NCBI GenBank assembly: GCA_009698575.1
Contig: WLPX01000001.1
Location: 392,747-456,746 of the forward strand
Length of the DNA: 64,000 nt
Direction of reading: 5' to 3'
From: Actinomycetota bacterium
GTDB lineage: Bacteria; Actinomycetota; Actinomycetes; S36-B12; UBA5976
The translations under genes and the position numbers were made by a program. Of the stretch, positions 26,271 through 35,203 are shown in pieces (position 1 is the first letter of the stretch; every line of letters begins with the position of its first letter). The notes below the pieces were generated by a model. That model was not told the DNA's origin, made no database searches, and saw nothing but the letters and a program-made list of their open reading frames with translations.

Positions 26271-27887
26271 CTATTTGCGACGCACAAGCGCCAGTACTGC
26301 CGAGACTTCGGTGATACGAAGCAGTTTTGCCATCCCAAGATATGCCAAGGAGAAACTAGTTGCGTAGAGCGAGATGGCAGCACCTAAACGTAGGGCAGAG
26401 ACTTCTGGTTGATTCGTGATAGCTAATCGAACAAGGAGATAAGATACGACCCCAGCGATTGAGCTGGCAACCAAAACCCGAACAATCAGCCGCAGGTGCC
26501 CATTTTTTCTCAGCTCAGGTACTCGTGCGCTAACTCGACGCCAAGTTACTGCGCAAGTTATAAAGTATGAAATCGAATAACCCAAAGCCAGGCCAGCGAC
26601 CTGCAAGCCTTGCGGCAATAGGGCAAACAAACTAAAACCAATAATTAAATGCAGTGCGTTAAAACCCAAATTTATAAAAAATGGAGTTTTGGTATTTTCC
26701 TGAGCATAGTAGCTTCGCAACAATACGTAGAAAAGCGAAAATGCTGGAAGACCTAATGCAAACATGGCCGCAATGGCGCCAAGCGCAGCACCCTGTTCCG
26801 AAGTTGATGCGCCATATCCATAGAGCAACGAACCAATCCATGGTCCACAAGCAACTAAGAACACCGCACTAGGAATTATTAAGGCAGAGACTAAGCGCAA
26901 GGAAGCGGAAAGCTCTCCACCAAATGCAGCTAGATTTTTATCGTGTGCTTGTTTACTTAGTCGCGGAAGTAATGCAGTAATTACCGAAACTGTAATTATT
27001 GAGTGCGGCAACATCATCATTAGTTGGGCTTTTTGATAGGAAGTAAATCCAACTGCAATTAATGTTGGATCATTTGTGACTAGCGCATTTGCTAGCGTCG
27101 TCAAATTCGAAATCACCAGAAAGGTAATTTGGTTTACTAGTACAAAGCCAACGGTCCATTTAGCAAGGTTTCCCACCTTGCCGTTACCAACATTTTTAAA
27201 TGTGAAGTTTGGCCGATAGGAGTATCCAGCCTTCTTTAGAGCTGGAACCAAGATCAACGCTTGGGCCATAACTCCCAGAGTGGTTCCAAATCCCAGCAGA
27301 TTTAGCTGAGTCGATGAAACAGAATCCGCAGTAGGTACATCCGTCATTGCCGAAATAAAAATTAGTGCGGTACCGATCACGATTACGTTGTTAACAATTG
27401 GTGCGTACATAGGCAAAGCAAATGAGTTTCGCGAATTAAGAATTTGTGCGGCCAATGTGTATAGCCCATAAAAGAAAATCTGAGGTAAACACCAACGTGC
27501 AAAAATCGTTGCTACATCAAATTCCTGAGGTGTCCACAACCGCGTTGCGTATAGGTGAACAATTAATCCAGCCAGTATTAGGGTAAGTAAAACTATTCCA
27601 AACAGAATTAGGCCAACCAAAGTCAACAGCTGATCAGTGAATTGTTTGCCGCTATCTGGATCATCTTCCATGTGTCTAATTAGCGCTGGGATAAATACGG
27701 CATTGATTGCGCCACCAGCAATAAGAATGTAAATAATGTTTGGGATGCTGTTCGCAACGGAGTAGGTATCAGAAAAAATTCCAGTGCCAATCGCAGCTAC
27801 CAGAGTTATGTCTCGAAACACACCAGTAATACGACTTGCCAGCGTGCCGGCAGCCATTCCGGAAGTTTGCCCAATAAAGGAAGACAC
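26271..27887 (-). CDS. murJ: lipid II flippase MurJ (MviN)
   Basis: 538 aa, about 14 TM helices, with the N-terminal motif GTLASRITGVFRDITLVAAIG typical of MurJ. Confidence 0.92.
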   Translation of the reverse strand: MSSFIGQTSGMAAGTLASRITGVFRDITLVAAIGTGIFSDTYSVANSIPNIIYILIAGGAINAVFIPALIRHMEDDPDSGKQFTDQLLTLVGLILFGIVLLTLILAGLIVHLYATRLWTPQEFDVATIFARWCLPQIFFYGLYTLAAQILNSRNSFALPMYAPIVNNVIVIGTALIFISAMTDVPTADSVSSTQLNLLGFGTTLGVMAQALILVPALKKAGYSYRPNFTFKNVGNGKVGNLAKWTVGFVLVNQITFLVISNLTTLANALVTNDPTLIAVGFTSYQKAQLMMMLPHSIITVSVITALLPRLSKQAHDKNLAAFGGELSASLRLVSALIIPSAVFLVACGPWIGSLLYGYGASTSEQGAALGAIAAMFALGLPAFSLFYVLLRSYYAQENTKTPFFINLGFNALHLIIGFSLFALLPQGLQVAGLALGYSISYFITCAVTWRRVSARVPELRKNGHLRLIVRVLVASSIAGVVSYLLVRLAITNQPEVSALRLGAAISLYATSFSLAYLGMAKLLRITEVSAVLALVRRK

Positions 27888-27920
27888 CTACTCTGACTAC
27901 CGACCCTTCGAGTTCAAGCT

Positions 27921-29876
27921 TCAGGATTTCTTGGTATTTATAAGTTTCCCGCGCCGCCGTTTAACCACATTGCTTAGGGACAAAAGAATCAATAGACCAA
28001 ATGCCCCCAACACCAGAGTACGGGCGAATTGGCCGTATGCCGCTGAAGAAATTTGGATGATTTTGACTTCACCAAATCGTTCCCCATTTGGTGCAACGAG
28101 GTGAGCTTGCACATCAACTATTCCTGCACCAACTAGCGTAATCTCCACCGGAGTGGTTACTCGCTGACCTGCTTCTACTTGAATTAACCCAGTAGGTTGC
28201 GCGGAAAATCGGGAAGTGGCGTCACTTGTCAAGAGAACGCTGACTGAAATCGTCTTATCACTTTCATTAACTATGGTTATGGGAATTTCTGATATTTCTT
28301 CAGGAGTAGTAATGCGAGCAGACGATTCAATTTGTACCGCATTTAGGTATTCATTTAGCAAATCCAGATTCTCGGTTAGGTATTGGTTTGCCGCCGTATT
28401 AGTTGGCCATAACTCTGAAAACCCTAAAGTTCTAGCACCTTCAAAGCCAGCGGCCAATTCGGGATCGTCATACATAGCAGCGACGCTGTCGGCGTTAACT
28501 TGCAGCATTCGTGATTGTCGTAGCAGCGACCTACTTATTTCACGTTGATCAACGTCAATAGCTGGAATGTAGTTTTTACTTTCAGTAGTTGCAGCGACTA
28601 CATCCAGTGAAGTTAACCGCATCCAATTGTGATTACCTAGCGCCGAAATCAAAGCAGATAATTTCTCACTCGACACTTTCCAATCTTTTGGCGCAAGAAC
28701 AATCACCGATCGAGATTTCTGAGGAGACTCAGCCGTCATCATTCCAATTTCGCTTTTTATGCAAGTAACAGCGTTAAAGAAACTTTCATCATTAAGGTCA
28801 ATGCTTATTAAACAGTTTGAAGCAGCCAGGTCAAATACCAATGCAGAATTCGACGAAGCCGTGACAGCCGCAGGGGTTGTTTCGCGTTCATTTCCACGGA
28901 TGAATTTATTTGAAACTAGGCTGCGCACACTTAGGTCACTTAGTAATGCGAGAGTTTCATTATCTGAACTTCCACTAGCCGGTGAGTAATAAATTTGTCG
29001 ACCTTCACTAAGCAACTTGCTCTGGTTCAACGCTAGTCGCACAGAATCTTGCTGCTTTGATCTGACTAATGCTGACAGATCAGCATTGCCGAAAGGTAGA
29101 ACTGGAGTTGAGCTCGGCAAAACCGCAAGTGATTCAACCAACGACTTCACGGCAGTTGAATCACTTTGATTTGCAAGTTGCGTCGCCCAAATGTGTAGGC
29201 CCGAGTCCGGTAGCCAGGAAATGGAATTCCCAGTTTGGCTTTGCAGCAAAGCAGAAATTCGCTTTGCTTCCGCTAAGTCTTGCTCCTCAGCAGTTATGTC
29301 GCCGTTTGCCAAGTGGCTATTCAAAGTAGTTAATGGCACAACAAGTGCAACTTCAGTTGGTTTTATATCTGCATTAAAAAACCAAGGAGTTGTAACTGCG
29401 GATCCTGCGCCGAACTTCTTTTCATCCGGGGTAACTCCAAATGCAAAAACTCCAGCTGCATTAAGGCCTAGCACTGGCTCACCTCGGAATGATATTTGCC
29501 AAGTCCGAGTTGCGCCTTGCGGTATGTTCGCAAGTTTCGCAGATTGGTCAGAGACTTTTAAACCTTGAACATTAGTTTGATTCCCCAAGATTTCAGCGAG
29601 CTCGGTACGAGTTTTAATCTCTTGTGAGGTAACCAGATTCAATTTCAAATTCGTAATAGTTGCGTTAGTTAAATTTGTGTAAGTGCCTCGCAAAATAACT
29701 AAGTGTTGTTGCCCGCCCTCAGGATCGAAACTAGGAATTTCTGTAATTTCCAAGCTCGTGATTCGTACGGCAGCGCTATCGGCTGCGTTTGCAGGCGCGT
29801 AAGGCACAGCGGCAACAACTATCGACAAAATAAACCAAAATATTCGCCGTACAGCAGGAAGTTGGAAACGGCTCAC
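27921..29876 (-). CDS. secreted protein with C-terminal membrane anchor, DUF6049-like (positional equivalent of Rv3909)
   Basis: 651 aa. N-terminal signal/TM segment (IFWFILSIVVAAVPYAPANA) and a C-terminal TM plus basic tail (LVLGAFGLLILLSLSNVVKRRRGK). It sits directly upstream of murJ, as in other actinobacteria. The family assignment comes from synteny and memory, not from a search. Confidence 0.6.
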   Translation of the reverse strand: MSRFQLPAVRRIFWFILSIVVAAVPYAPANAADSAAVRITSLEITEIPSFDPEGGQQHLVILRGTYTNLTNATITNLKLNLVTSQEIKTRTELAEILGNQTNVQGLKVSDQSAKLANIPQGATRTWQISFRGEPVLGLNAAGVFAFGVTPDEKKFGAGSAVTTPWFFNADIKPTEVALVVPLTTLNSHLANGDITAEEQDLAEAKRISALLQSQTGNSISWLPDSGLHIWATQLANQSDSTAVKSLVESLAVLPSSTPVLPFGNADLSALVRSKQQDSVRLALNQSKLLSEGRQIYYSPASGSSDNETLALLSDLSVRSLVSNKFIRGNERETTPAAVTASSNSALVFDLAASNCLISIDLNDESFFNAVTCIKSEIGMMTAESPQKSRSVIVLAPKDWKVSSEKLSALISALGNHNWMRLTSLDVVAATTESKNYIPAIDVDQREISRSLLRQSRMLQVNADSVAAMYDDPELAAGFEGARTLGFSELWPTNTAANQYLTENLDLLNEYLNAVQIESSARITTPEEISEIPITIVNESDKTISVSVLLTSDATSRFSAQPTGLIQVEAGQRVTTPVEITLVGAGIVDVQAHLVAPNGERFGEVKIIQISSAAYGQFARTLVLGAFGLLILLSLSNVVKRRRGKLINTKKS

Positions 29877-29932
29877 TCGATAAGAATACTTGCAAATAGT
29901 GACCTTTTTGTAATTACATCTAGGCTAGGGGC

Positions 29933-31372
29933 GTGAATAACTCATTGCCTCAAGCCATCGCCACCGGAGTAGTTACGACTGCTCTGCAAGAGATGTCTGA
30001 TGTCATGGAGCTGGCTAATGAGTTCAGTCGCTCTGGATATGAGTTTGCAGTTGTTGGTGGACCTGTTCGAGATCTGCTTTTGAGTCGCAGTATTACTGAT
30101 TTGGACTTTACAACGAATGCAACGCCGCAACAAATAATCGAACTCGTCACCCCCTGGGCAGATACCGTTTGGGATGTTGGTATCGCATTTGGCACGGTAG
30201 GTGCGCGGCGAAAAGATTTTCAAGTTGAGATTACGACATACCGCTCGGAAATATATCGAGACGATAGCCGCAAACCGAAAGTGATATTTGGTAAAACGCT
30301 AGAAGAGGACTTAATTCGTCGCGACTTCACTATCAATGCGATGGCAGTGCGACTGCCGGAATTAGTTTTTGTAGATCCGTTTGGTGGAGTCTCCGATTTA
30401 CTGAAAAAAATAATTCGTACACCGCGAGAGCCTGAACTTTCATTCTCAGACGACCCATTGCGAATGATGCGCGCAGCAAGGTTTGCCAGCCAATTGGGCT
30501 TCACGCCAGTGGTAGATGTTTTGTTGGCAGCAACTGATATGGCACAACGGATTGAAATAGTTTCCGCTGAACGTGTGCGCGATGAATTTACCAAATTGAT
30601 AATGGGTGAATTCCCAATAATCGGTTTGGAAATTCTGGAAGGAACCAAGCTAGCCGAACATATAATTCCGGAGTTGCCAGCACTGCAACTTGAGATCGAT
30701 GAACATCACAAGCATAAGGATGTTTACGAACATAGTTTGATCGTCTTGCAACAGGCCATTGATTTGGAAACTACCCATGAGCCCAAGTGTGAACCAGATT
30801 TAGTGCTGCGACTTGCAGCACTGCTACATGATATCGGCAAACCTAAAACCAGAAGGTTTGAATCTGGTGGTGGCGTCAGTTTTCATCACCATGAAGTGGT
30901 GGGCGCTAAAATTGCGCGCAAGAGACTTACCGCGATGCGTTACCCCGGCGATTTAATTGATGCAGTTTGTAAACTTACGGAATTGCATTTGCGATTCCAT
31001 GGATACGGCCAGGGTCAGTGGACTGACTCAGCAGTACGCAGGTATGTCCGGGATGCCGACGATCAGTTAGTTCGATTGCATAAGTTAACGCGAGCCGATT
31101 GCACGACTCGCAATCAACGTCGGGCCGCCATACTTTCTGCCACCTATGATGATTTGGAGCAGCGAATCTCAGTCCTAGAAGAGCAGGAGGAACTTAAGGC
31201 AATTCGTCCCGACCTTGATGGCAACGACATCATGGAGATTCTCGGCGTTTCGGCCGGCCCAAAAGTAGGTAAGGCATATAACTATTTACTTGAGGTACGT
31301 CTTGATGAAGGACCACTTCCTCGCGATGAAGCAATTAGAAAATTAACGCAATGGTGGCAGTCGCAAAGTTAA
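29933..31372 (+). CDS. cca: CCA tRNA nucleotidyltransferase (class II, with HD domain)
   Basis: 479 aa with a GTG start. Motifs: GGPVRDLLL, DFTTNATP, RRDFTINA, and HD motif LLHDIGKP. Confidence 0.92.
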   Translation: MNNSLPQAIATGVVTTALQEMSDVMELANEFSRSGYEFAVVGGPVRDLLLSRSITDLDFTTNATPQQIIELVTPWADTVWDVGIAFGTVGARRKDFQVEITTYRSEIYRDDSRKPKVIFGKTLEEDLIRRDFTINAMAVRLPELVFVDPFGGVSDLLKKIIRTPREPELSFSDDPLRMMRAARFASQLGFTPVVDVLLAATDMAQRIEIVSAERVRDEFTKLIMGEFPIIGLEILEGTKLAEHIIPELPALQLEIDEHHKHKDVYEHSLIVLQQAIDLETTHEPKCEPDLVLRLAALLHDIGKPKTRRFESGGGVSFHHHEVVGAKIARKRLTAMRYPGDLIDAVCKLTELHLRFHGYGQGQWTDSAVRRYVRDADDQLVRLHKLTRADCTTRNQRRAAILSATYDDLEQRISVLEEQEELKAIRPDLDGNDIMEILGVSAGPKVGKAYNYLLEVRLDEGPLPRDEAIRKLTQWWQSQS

Positions 31373-32766
31373 ACTTGCGCGCGATATTTACGTAGTAAAA
31401 ATACCGAGAGCCCGGTACTGCAACTCAACAGAACCACTGAATACGTTGCACCCAGGTTCACGTTCTCTCGCAACACGTCAACTAATGCATAAGTAGTGAT
31501 TCCGAGTACTAAAGCGACGTTTATCATCATGTCGAAAATAGAAAATACTCTGCCACGATGGGCATCATCAATAGTGCGCTGAATTGTGGTATCTGCATTA
31601 ATTTTCAGTAACTGTCCGGCAAAACCGAGAGCAGCAGCAGCTCCGCAAACAGCAGTTAAGGTACCGACTCGGTAGCCAACAATCGTTATTGCGACGCTAG
31701 TGGCGGTCGCTAAAGTCATGGCAGCAATTAGGTGTGTCTGTTTACGTGGATATTTAGTTGACTTTTCTTCGCCACCGTTAGAACGGTCGCTGAGCAAGAA
31801 AGTACTTAGAACTGCTGCTGTAAAAGCGCCAAGTGCAGCTGCGCCAGCACACAATCCAAAATCCAATACGGCTTGATCGGCTGTTGTATCCGTGTGCCAA
31901 GAGTTTCGGGAAAGCAATAAAGCATGCACAGTAAGGGCGCCAAATGCCCAACGTTGAAAAGCAACCGCAACCATGCTGCTGAGAGCTCGTCCGGAACGTA
32001 GCATAAATCTAAATCCAGCCAGTAGCCCAGCAATTGCATTTCGTAGTTCGTCGCGCATCGCCGACTCAACAATATGCGGCCCTAGAACATTTTTCGGGGT
32101 GATACGTTGTGCGGTTAAGGAAGCTAGACCTGCAAAAAGTGCGCCCAATACAACGAGCGCCGCATTTACTGTGTCGGAATTAGAAAACACTTTTTGGCTT
32201 GCAATGCCAAGTGCGGCAGCGAATGAAGCCGCAGTTGTTCCTAGCGTTGGAAATAGCGCATTTGCTGGCACTAAATCATCGCCATCAACAACGTGAGGCA
32301 AGGATGCTGAAAGAGCTGCCTGCACAAATCTATTTACGCCAAGGCTTATCAAAACTAAAATAGCTAACAAGGAACTAGCGGAATGTCCGGTGATGACCGC
32401 GGCGATCGCAAACATGGTAATTACTCGCAAAATATTTGCTCGAACCAAGATCGTGCGACGAGACCAGCGATCTATAAAGACCCCAACAAACGGTGCAATT
32501 ACTGAATATGGCAGTAGCAAAATCGCAAATGCTAATGCGATCTTTCTTGGATCGGATTCTCGCTGTGGGGAAAACAAAACAAAGGTTGCAAGCGCAGTTT
32601 GCAACAGGCCATCTCCAGCTTGGCCAAAAATTCGAACCGCTAGTAATTCACGAGCATTGGGATGACGCAAAACTGATAGCGCACGAATGTTGGGATAGCT
32701 CACTTGCTTCACGCTACCTGCATTGCTTCCAAAAACCCATGATGCCCCGGAAATACTAAAGGCCAC
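31369..32766 (-). CDS. MFS transporter
   Basis: 465 aa, 12-14 TM helices. The start is uncertain: the GTG at 32766 lies inside the ino1 terminator hairpin, and an in-frame GTG further in (VKQVSYPNIRALSVLRHPNAREL) is more typical of MFS N-termini. Confidence 0.8.
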   Translation of the reverse strand: MAFSISGASWVFGSNAGSVKQVSYPNIRALSVLRHPNARELLAVRIFGQAGDGLLQTALATFVLFSPQRESDPRKIALAFAILLLPYSVIAPFVGVFIDRWSRRTILVRANILRVITMFAIAAVITGHSASSLLAILVLISLGVNRFVQAALSASLPHVVDGDDLVPANALFPTLGTTAASFAAALGIASQKVFSNSDTVNAALVVLGALFAGLASLTAQRITPKNVLGPHIVESAMRDELRNAIAGLLAGFRFMLRSGRALSSMVAVAFQRWAFGALTVHALLLSRNSWHTDTTADQAVLDFGLCAGAAALGAFTAAVLSTFLLSDRSNGGEEKSTKYPRKQTHLIAAMTLATATSVAITIVGYRVGTLTAVCGAAAALGFAGQLLKINADTTIQRTIDDAHRGRVFSIFDMMINVALVLGITTYALVDVLRENVNLGATYSVVLLSCSTGLSVFLLRKYRAQV

Positions 32767-32786
32767 CAGATTAACTGGTGGCCTTT
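32758..32786 (-). terminator. rho-independent terminator after ino1
   Basis: Perfect 12-bp stem AAAGGCCACCAG-attaa-CTGGTGGCCTTT. On the minus strand it is followed by TTTAGTATTT. Confidence 0.65.
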
Positions 32787-32840
32787 AGTTAAAGGAGGCT
32801 GCTTAAGGGTTAGGCCTTAGCACTTGGTATTGCACTTGAT

Positions 32841-33911
32841 TTACTTTCCAGCAATGAAGTCTTCAACTTCTTGGCGGCACTTGGTGTCGTCGTACTGCAA
32901 TGGTGGACTCTTCATGAAGTAACTAGATGCACTAAGGATTGGTCCACCAATTCCGCGGTCCTTGGCAATCTTGCAAGCACGAATCGCATCAATGATTACG
33001 CCAGCTGAGTTTGGCGAATCCCAAACTTCAAGCTTGTATTCCAGGCTCAATGGCACATCGCCAAATGCGCGGCCTTCTAGGCGAACGAATGCCCATTTGC
33101 GATCATCTAGCCATGCAACATAGTCACTTGGACCAATGTGCACATTGCGAGGATCAATCTTGTCGCGTAGCTGGGAAGTAACGGACTGGGTCTTGGAAAT
33201 TTTCTTAGATTCCAAGCGGTCACGCTCCAACATGTTCATGAAGTCCATGTTGCCGCCAACGTTAAGTTGATAGGTGCGATCTACTGTTACACCACGATCT
33301 TCGAATAATTTGGCAAGCACTCGGTGAGTAATTGTTGCACCGACCTGGCTCTTGATGTCATCACCAACAATTGGCACCCCAGCGGCGGTGAACTTGTCAG
33401 CCCATTCCTTAGTTCCAGCAATAAAAACTGGTAACGCATTAACAAAGCCAACGCCAGCATCGATTGCGCACTGTGCGTAAAACTTTGCGGCATCTTCGGA
33501 ACCAACAGGTAGGTAGCAAACCAAGACGTCAACTTTGGCGTCCTTAAGTACTTTAACTACATCAACTGGTTCGTCATCAGATTCCACAACCATGTCGCGG
33601 TAGTACTTACCGAGACCGTCATAAGTATGGCCACGCAAAACTGTGACACCGGTTGGCGGTACATCTGAAAACTTAATGGTGTTGTTTTCACTTGCAAAGA
33701 TTGCGGCAGAAAGGTCTTGTCCAACCTTCTTGGCATCCACATCTAATGCAACAACAAACTTTACGTCGCGGACATGATAGTCCCCGAACTGCACATGCAT
33801 AAGTCCTGGAACTTGTGCTTTTGGATCTGCGTCTTTGTAATACTCAACGCCTTGTACTAGCGATGACGCGCAGTTACCTACGCCAACGATCGCCACTCTA
33901 ACTTCACTCAC
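32841..33911 (-). CDS. ino1: inositol-3-phosphate synthase
   Basis: 356 aa. The N-terminus [25 protein letters not shown] is characteristic of actinobacterial Ino1. A PadR gene lies upstream, as with Rv0046c/Rv0047c. Confidence 0.93.
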   Translation of the reverse strand: MSEVRVAIVGVGNCASSLVQGVEYYKDADPKAQVPGLMHVQFGDYHVRDVKFVVALDVDAKKVGQDLSAAIFASENNTIKFSDVPPTGVTVLRGHTYDGLGKYYRDMVVESDDEPVDVVKVLKDAKVDVLVCYLPVGSEDAAKFYAQCAIDAGVGFVNALPVFIAGTKEWADKFTAAGVPIVGDDIKSQVGATITHRVLAKLFEDRGVTVDRTYQLNVGGNMDFMNMLERDRLESKKISKTQSVTSQLRDKIDPRNVHIGPSDYVAWLDDRKWAFVRLEGRAFGDVPLSLEYKLEVWDSPNSAGVIIDAIRACKIAKDRGIGGPILSASSYFMKSPPLQYDDTKCRQEVEDFIAGK

Positions 33912-33951
33912 TGTAAGCCTCCTAGTTGTCAGTGAATTGTTTTCTTAGGTC

Positions 33952-34539
33952 TTACTTTTTACCTGGCACGTTTTCCGGGGAGCCTTTGGTTGGAGCTCCG
34001 CCCGCTTGTTCGCGCGAGATAAGTTCATTGAGCCAACGCACTTCACGTTCTAGCGCATCAAGGCCATGTTGTTGCAATTCCAGAGTGTAAGAATCTAATC
34101 GCTCTCTACCCTTGGATAAATTTGTTTGCAGGTTTGCTAGCCGATCTTCTAAGCGACTTCGTCGTCCCTGCAGGATATGAATTCTGGTGTTAACTTCGGT
34201 TTGGCCAAATAAGGACATCCGCACAGCAAAAGTGTCATCGTCCCAAGCGCCGGGGCCGCTGTCTGCCACCATCTCATTGAAGTAGGCAACGCCCGCATCG
34301 GTTAAGGCATATGTAATACGTGTTCGTTTTGGATATTTTCCAGTTCCAATATCATCTTGCTCAACCAGTAATCCACGCTCAACTAGCGATTTCAGAGTCG
34401 GATAAAGGGCGCCATAGGAAATAGTGCTAAACAAACCCAAAACTGAAATTAATCGCTTACGCAGTTCGTAGCCATGTTGCGGAGTTTGTGCCAAGACACC
34501 AAGAATTGCCAGCTCTAGCGCAGCAGATCTTTTGGCCAC
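33952..34539 (-). CDS. PadR-family transcriptional regulator
   Basis: 195 aa with a GTG start. Winged-helix motif LAILGVLAQTPQHGYELRKRL...YGALYPTLKSLVERGLL, and a long C-terminal coiled-coil domain (PadR-like subfamily 1). Confidence 0.9.
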   Translation of the reverse strand: MAKRSAALELAILGVLAQTPQHGYELRKRLISVLGLFSTISYGALYPTLKSLVERGLLVEQDDIGTGKYPKRTRITYALTDAGVAYFNEMVADSGPGAWDDDTFAVRMSLFGQTEVNTRIHILQGRRSRLEDRLANLQTNLSKGRERLDSYTLELQQHGLDALEREVRWLNELISREQAGGAPTKGSPENVPGKK

Positions 34540-34571
34540 AGTACTTCCAACCCTGAAAAATTAGGAAAAAT

Positions 34572-34594
34572 AGATGTATCAAATTGATACATCT
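34572..34594. promoter_or_regulatory. 23-bp perfect palindrome, candidate PadR operator
   Basis: AGATGTATCAA-A-TTGATACATCT, 33 bp upstream of the padR start in the padR/DUF5318 divergent spacer. It contains the ATGT...ACAT dyad common in PadR operators, and a further GATAC half-site lies at 34599-34603. Confidence 0.55.
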
Positions 34595-34689
34595 AAAGGA
34601 TACAGTCTGGGTAAGATTCCGCAAATCTGGCCCGGGGCAGCTCAGTTATTGGAAATACCTGCCTAATCCAATGGGTTTAAGGTGGTCAG

Positions 34690-35199
34690 ATGAGTAGGCC
34701 CGGTTCCCATCAGAGCATTTCGGGAATTCGTGCTGGTGGCGTGAGTTCCGAACCTCCGCGCCCAATCCCGTATCCAGCAGAAGATGTTGCCGACCCAGTT
34801 AGGCCAAGACACGTACTGGATTATGTCCTAGCCCGCCGCGCAGTTCTGGAACGAATAAAAAGTGACGCGTTATTGCGCGAGCAAGTTTGTGATGCCGATC
34901 CATATCTATTGCGCGCAGCCAAACATCATGGGGAAACTACGGAACGAGTGTGTCCAATGTGCGCTAAGAGCGAACTAGTTCATGTGACATATGTCTTTGG
35001 AGATGACTTGGGATATCTCTCCGGGCGAGTGAAATCTTCATCAGATTTGAAGGTTTTAGCCTATGAGTATGGACATTTTAGAGTTTATGTGGTCGAGGTC
35101 TGCACGAAATGTGGCTGGAATCATTTACACATGTCTTACGTATTAGGCGATGGCGCGCCTCGTACTCCACCGCGTGAGCCTCGAGATGTGTTGAAATAG
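34690..35199 (+). CDS. DUF5318-like zinc-ribbon protein (positional equivalent of Rv0049)
   Basis: 169 aa with four Cys as CPMC...CTKCGWNH. Sits immediately upstream of ponA (5-nt gap). Confidence 0.65.
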   Translation: MSRPGSHQSISGIRAGGVSSEPPRPIPYPAEDVADPVRPRHVLDYVLARRAVLERIKSDALLREQVCDADPYLLRAAKHHGETTERVCPMCAKSELVHVTYVFGDDLGYLSGRVKSSSDLKVLAYEYGHFRVYVVEVCTKCGWNHLHMSYVLGDGAPRTPPREPRDVLK

Positions 35200-35203
35200 A
35201 TGA

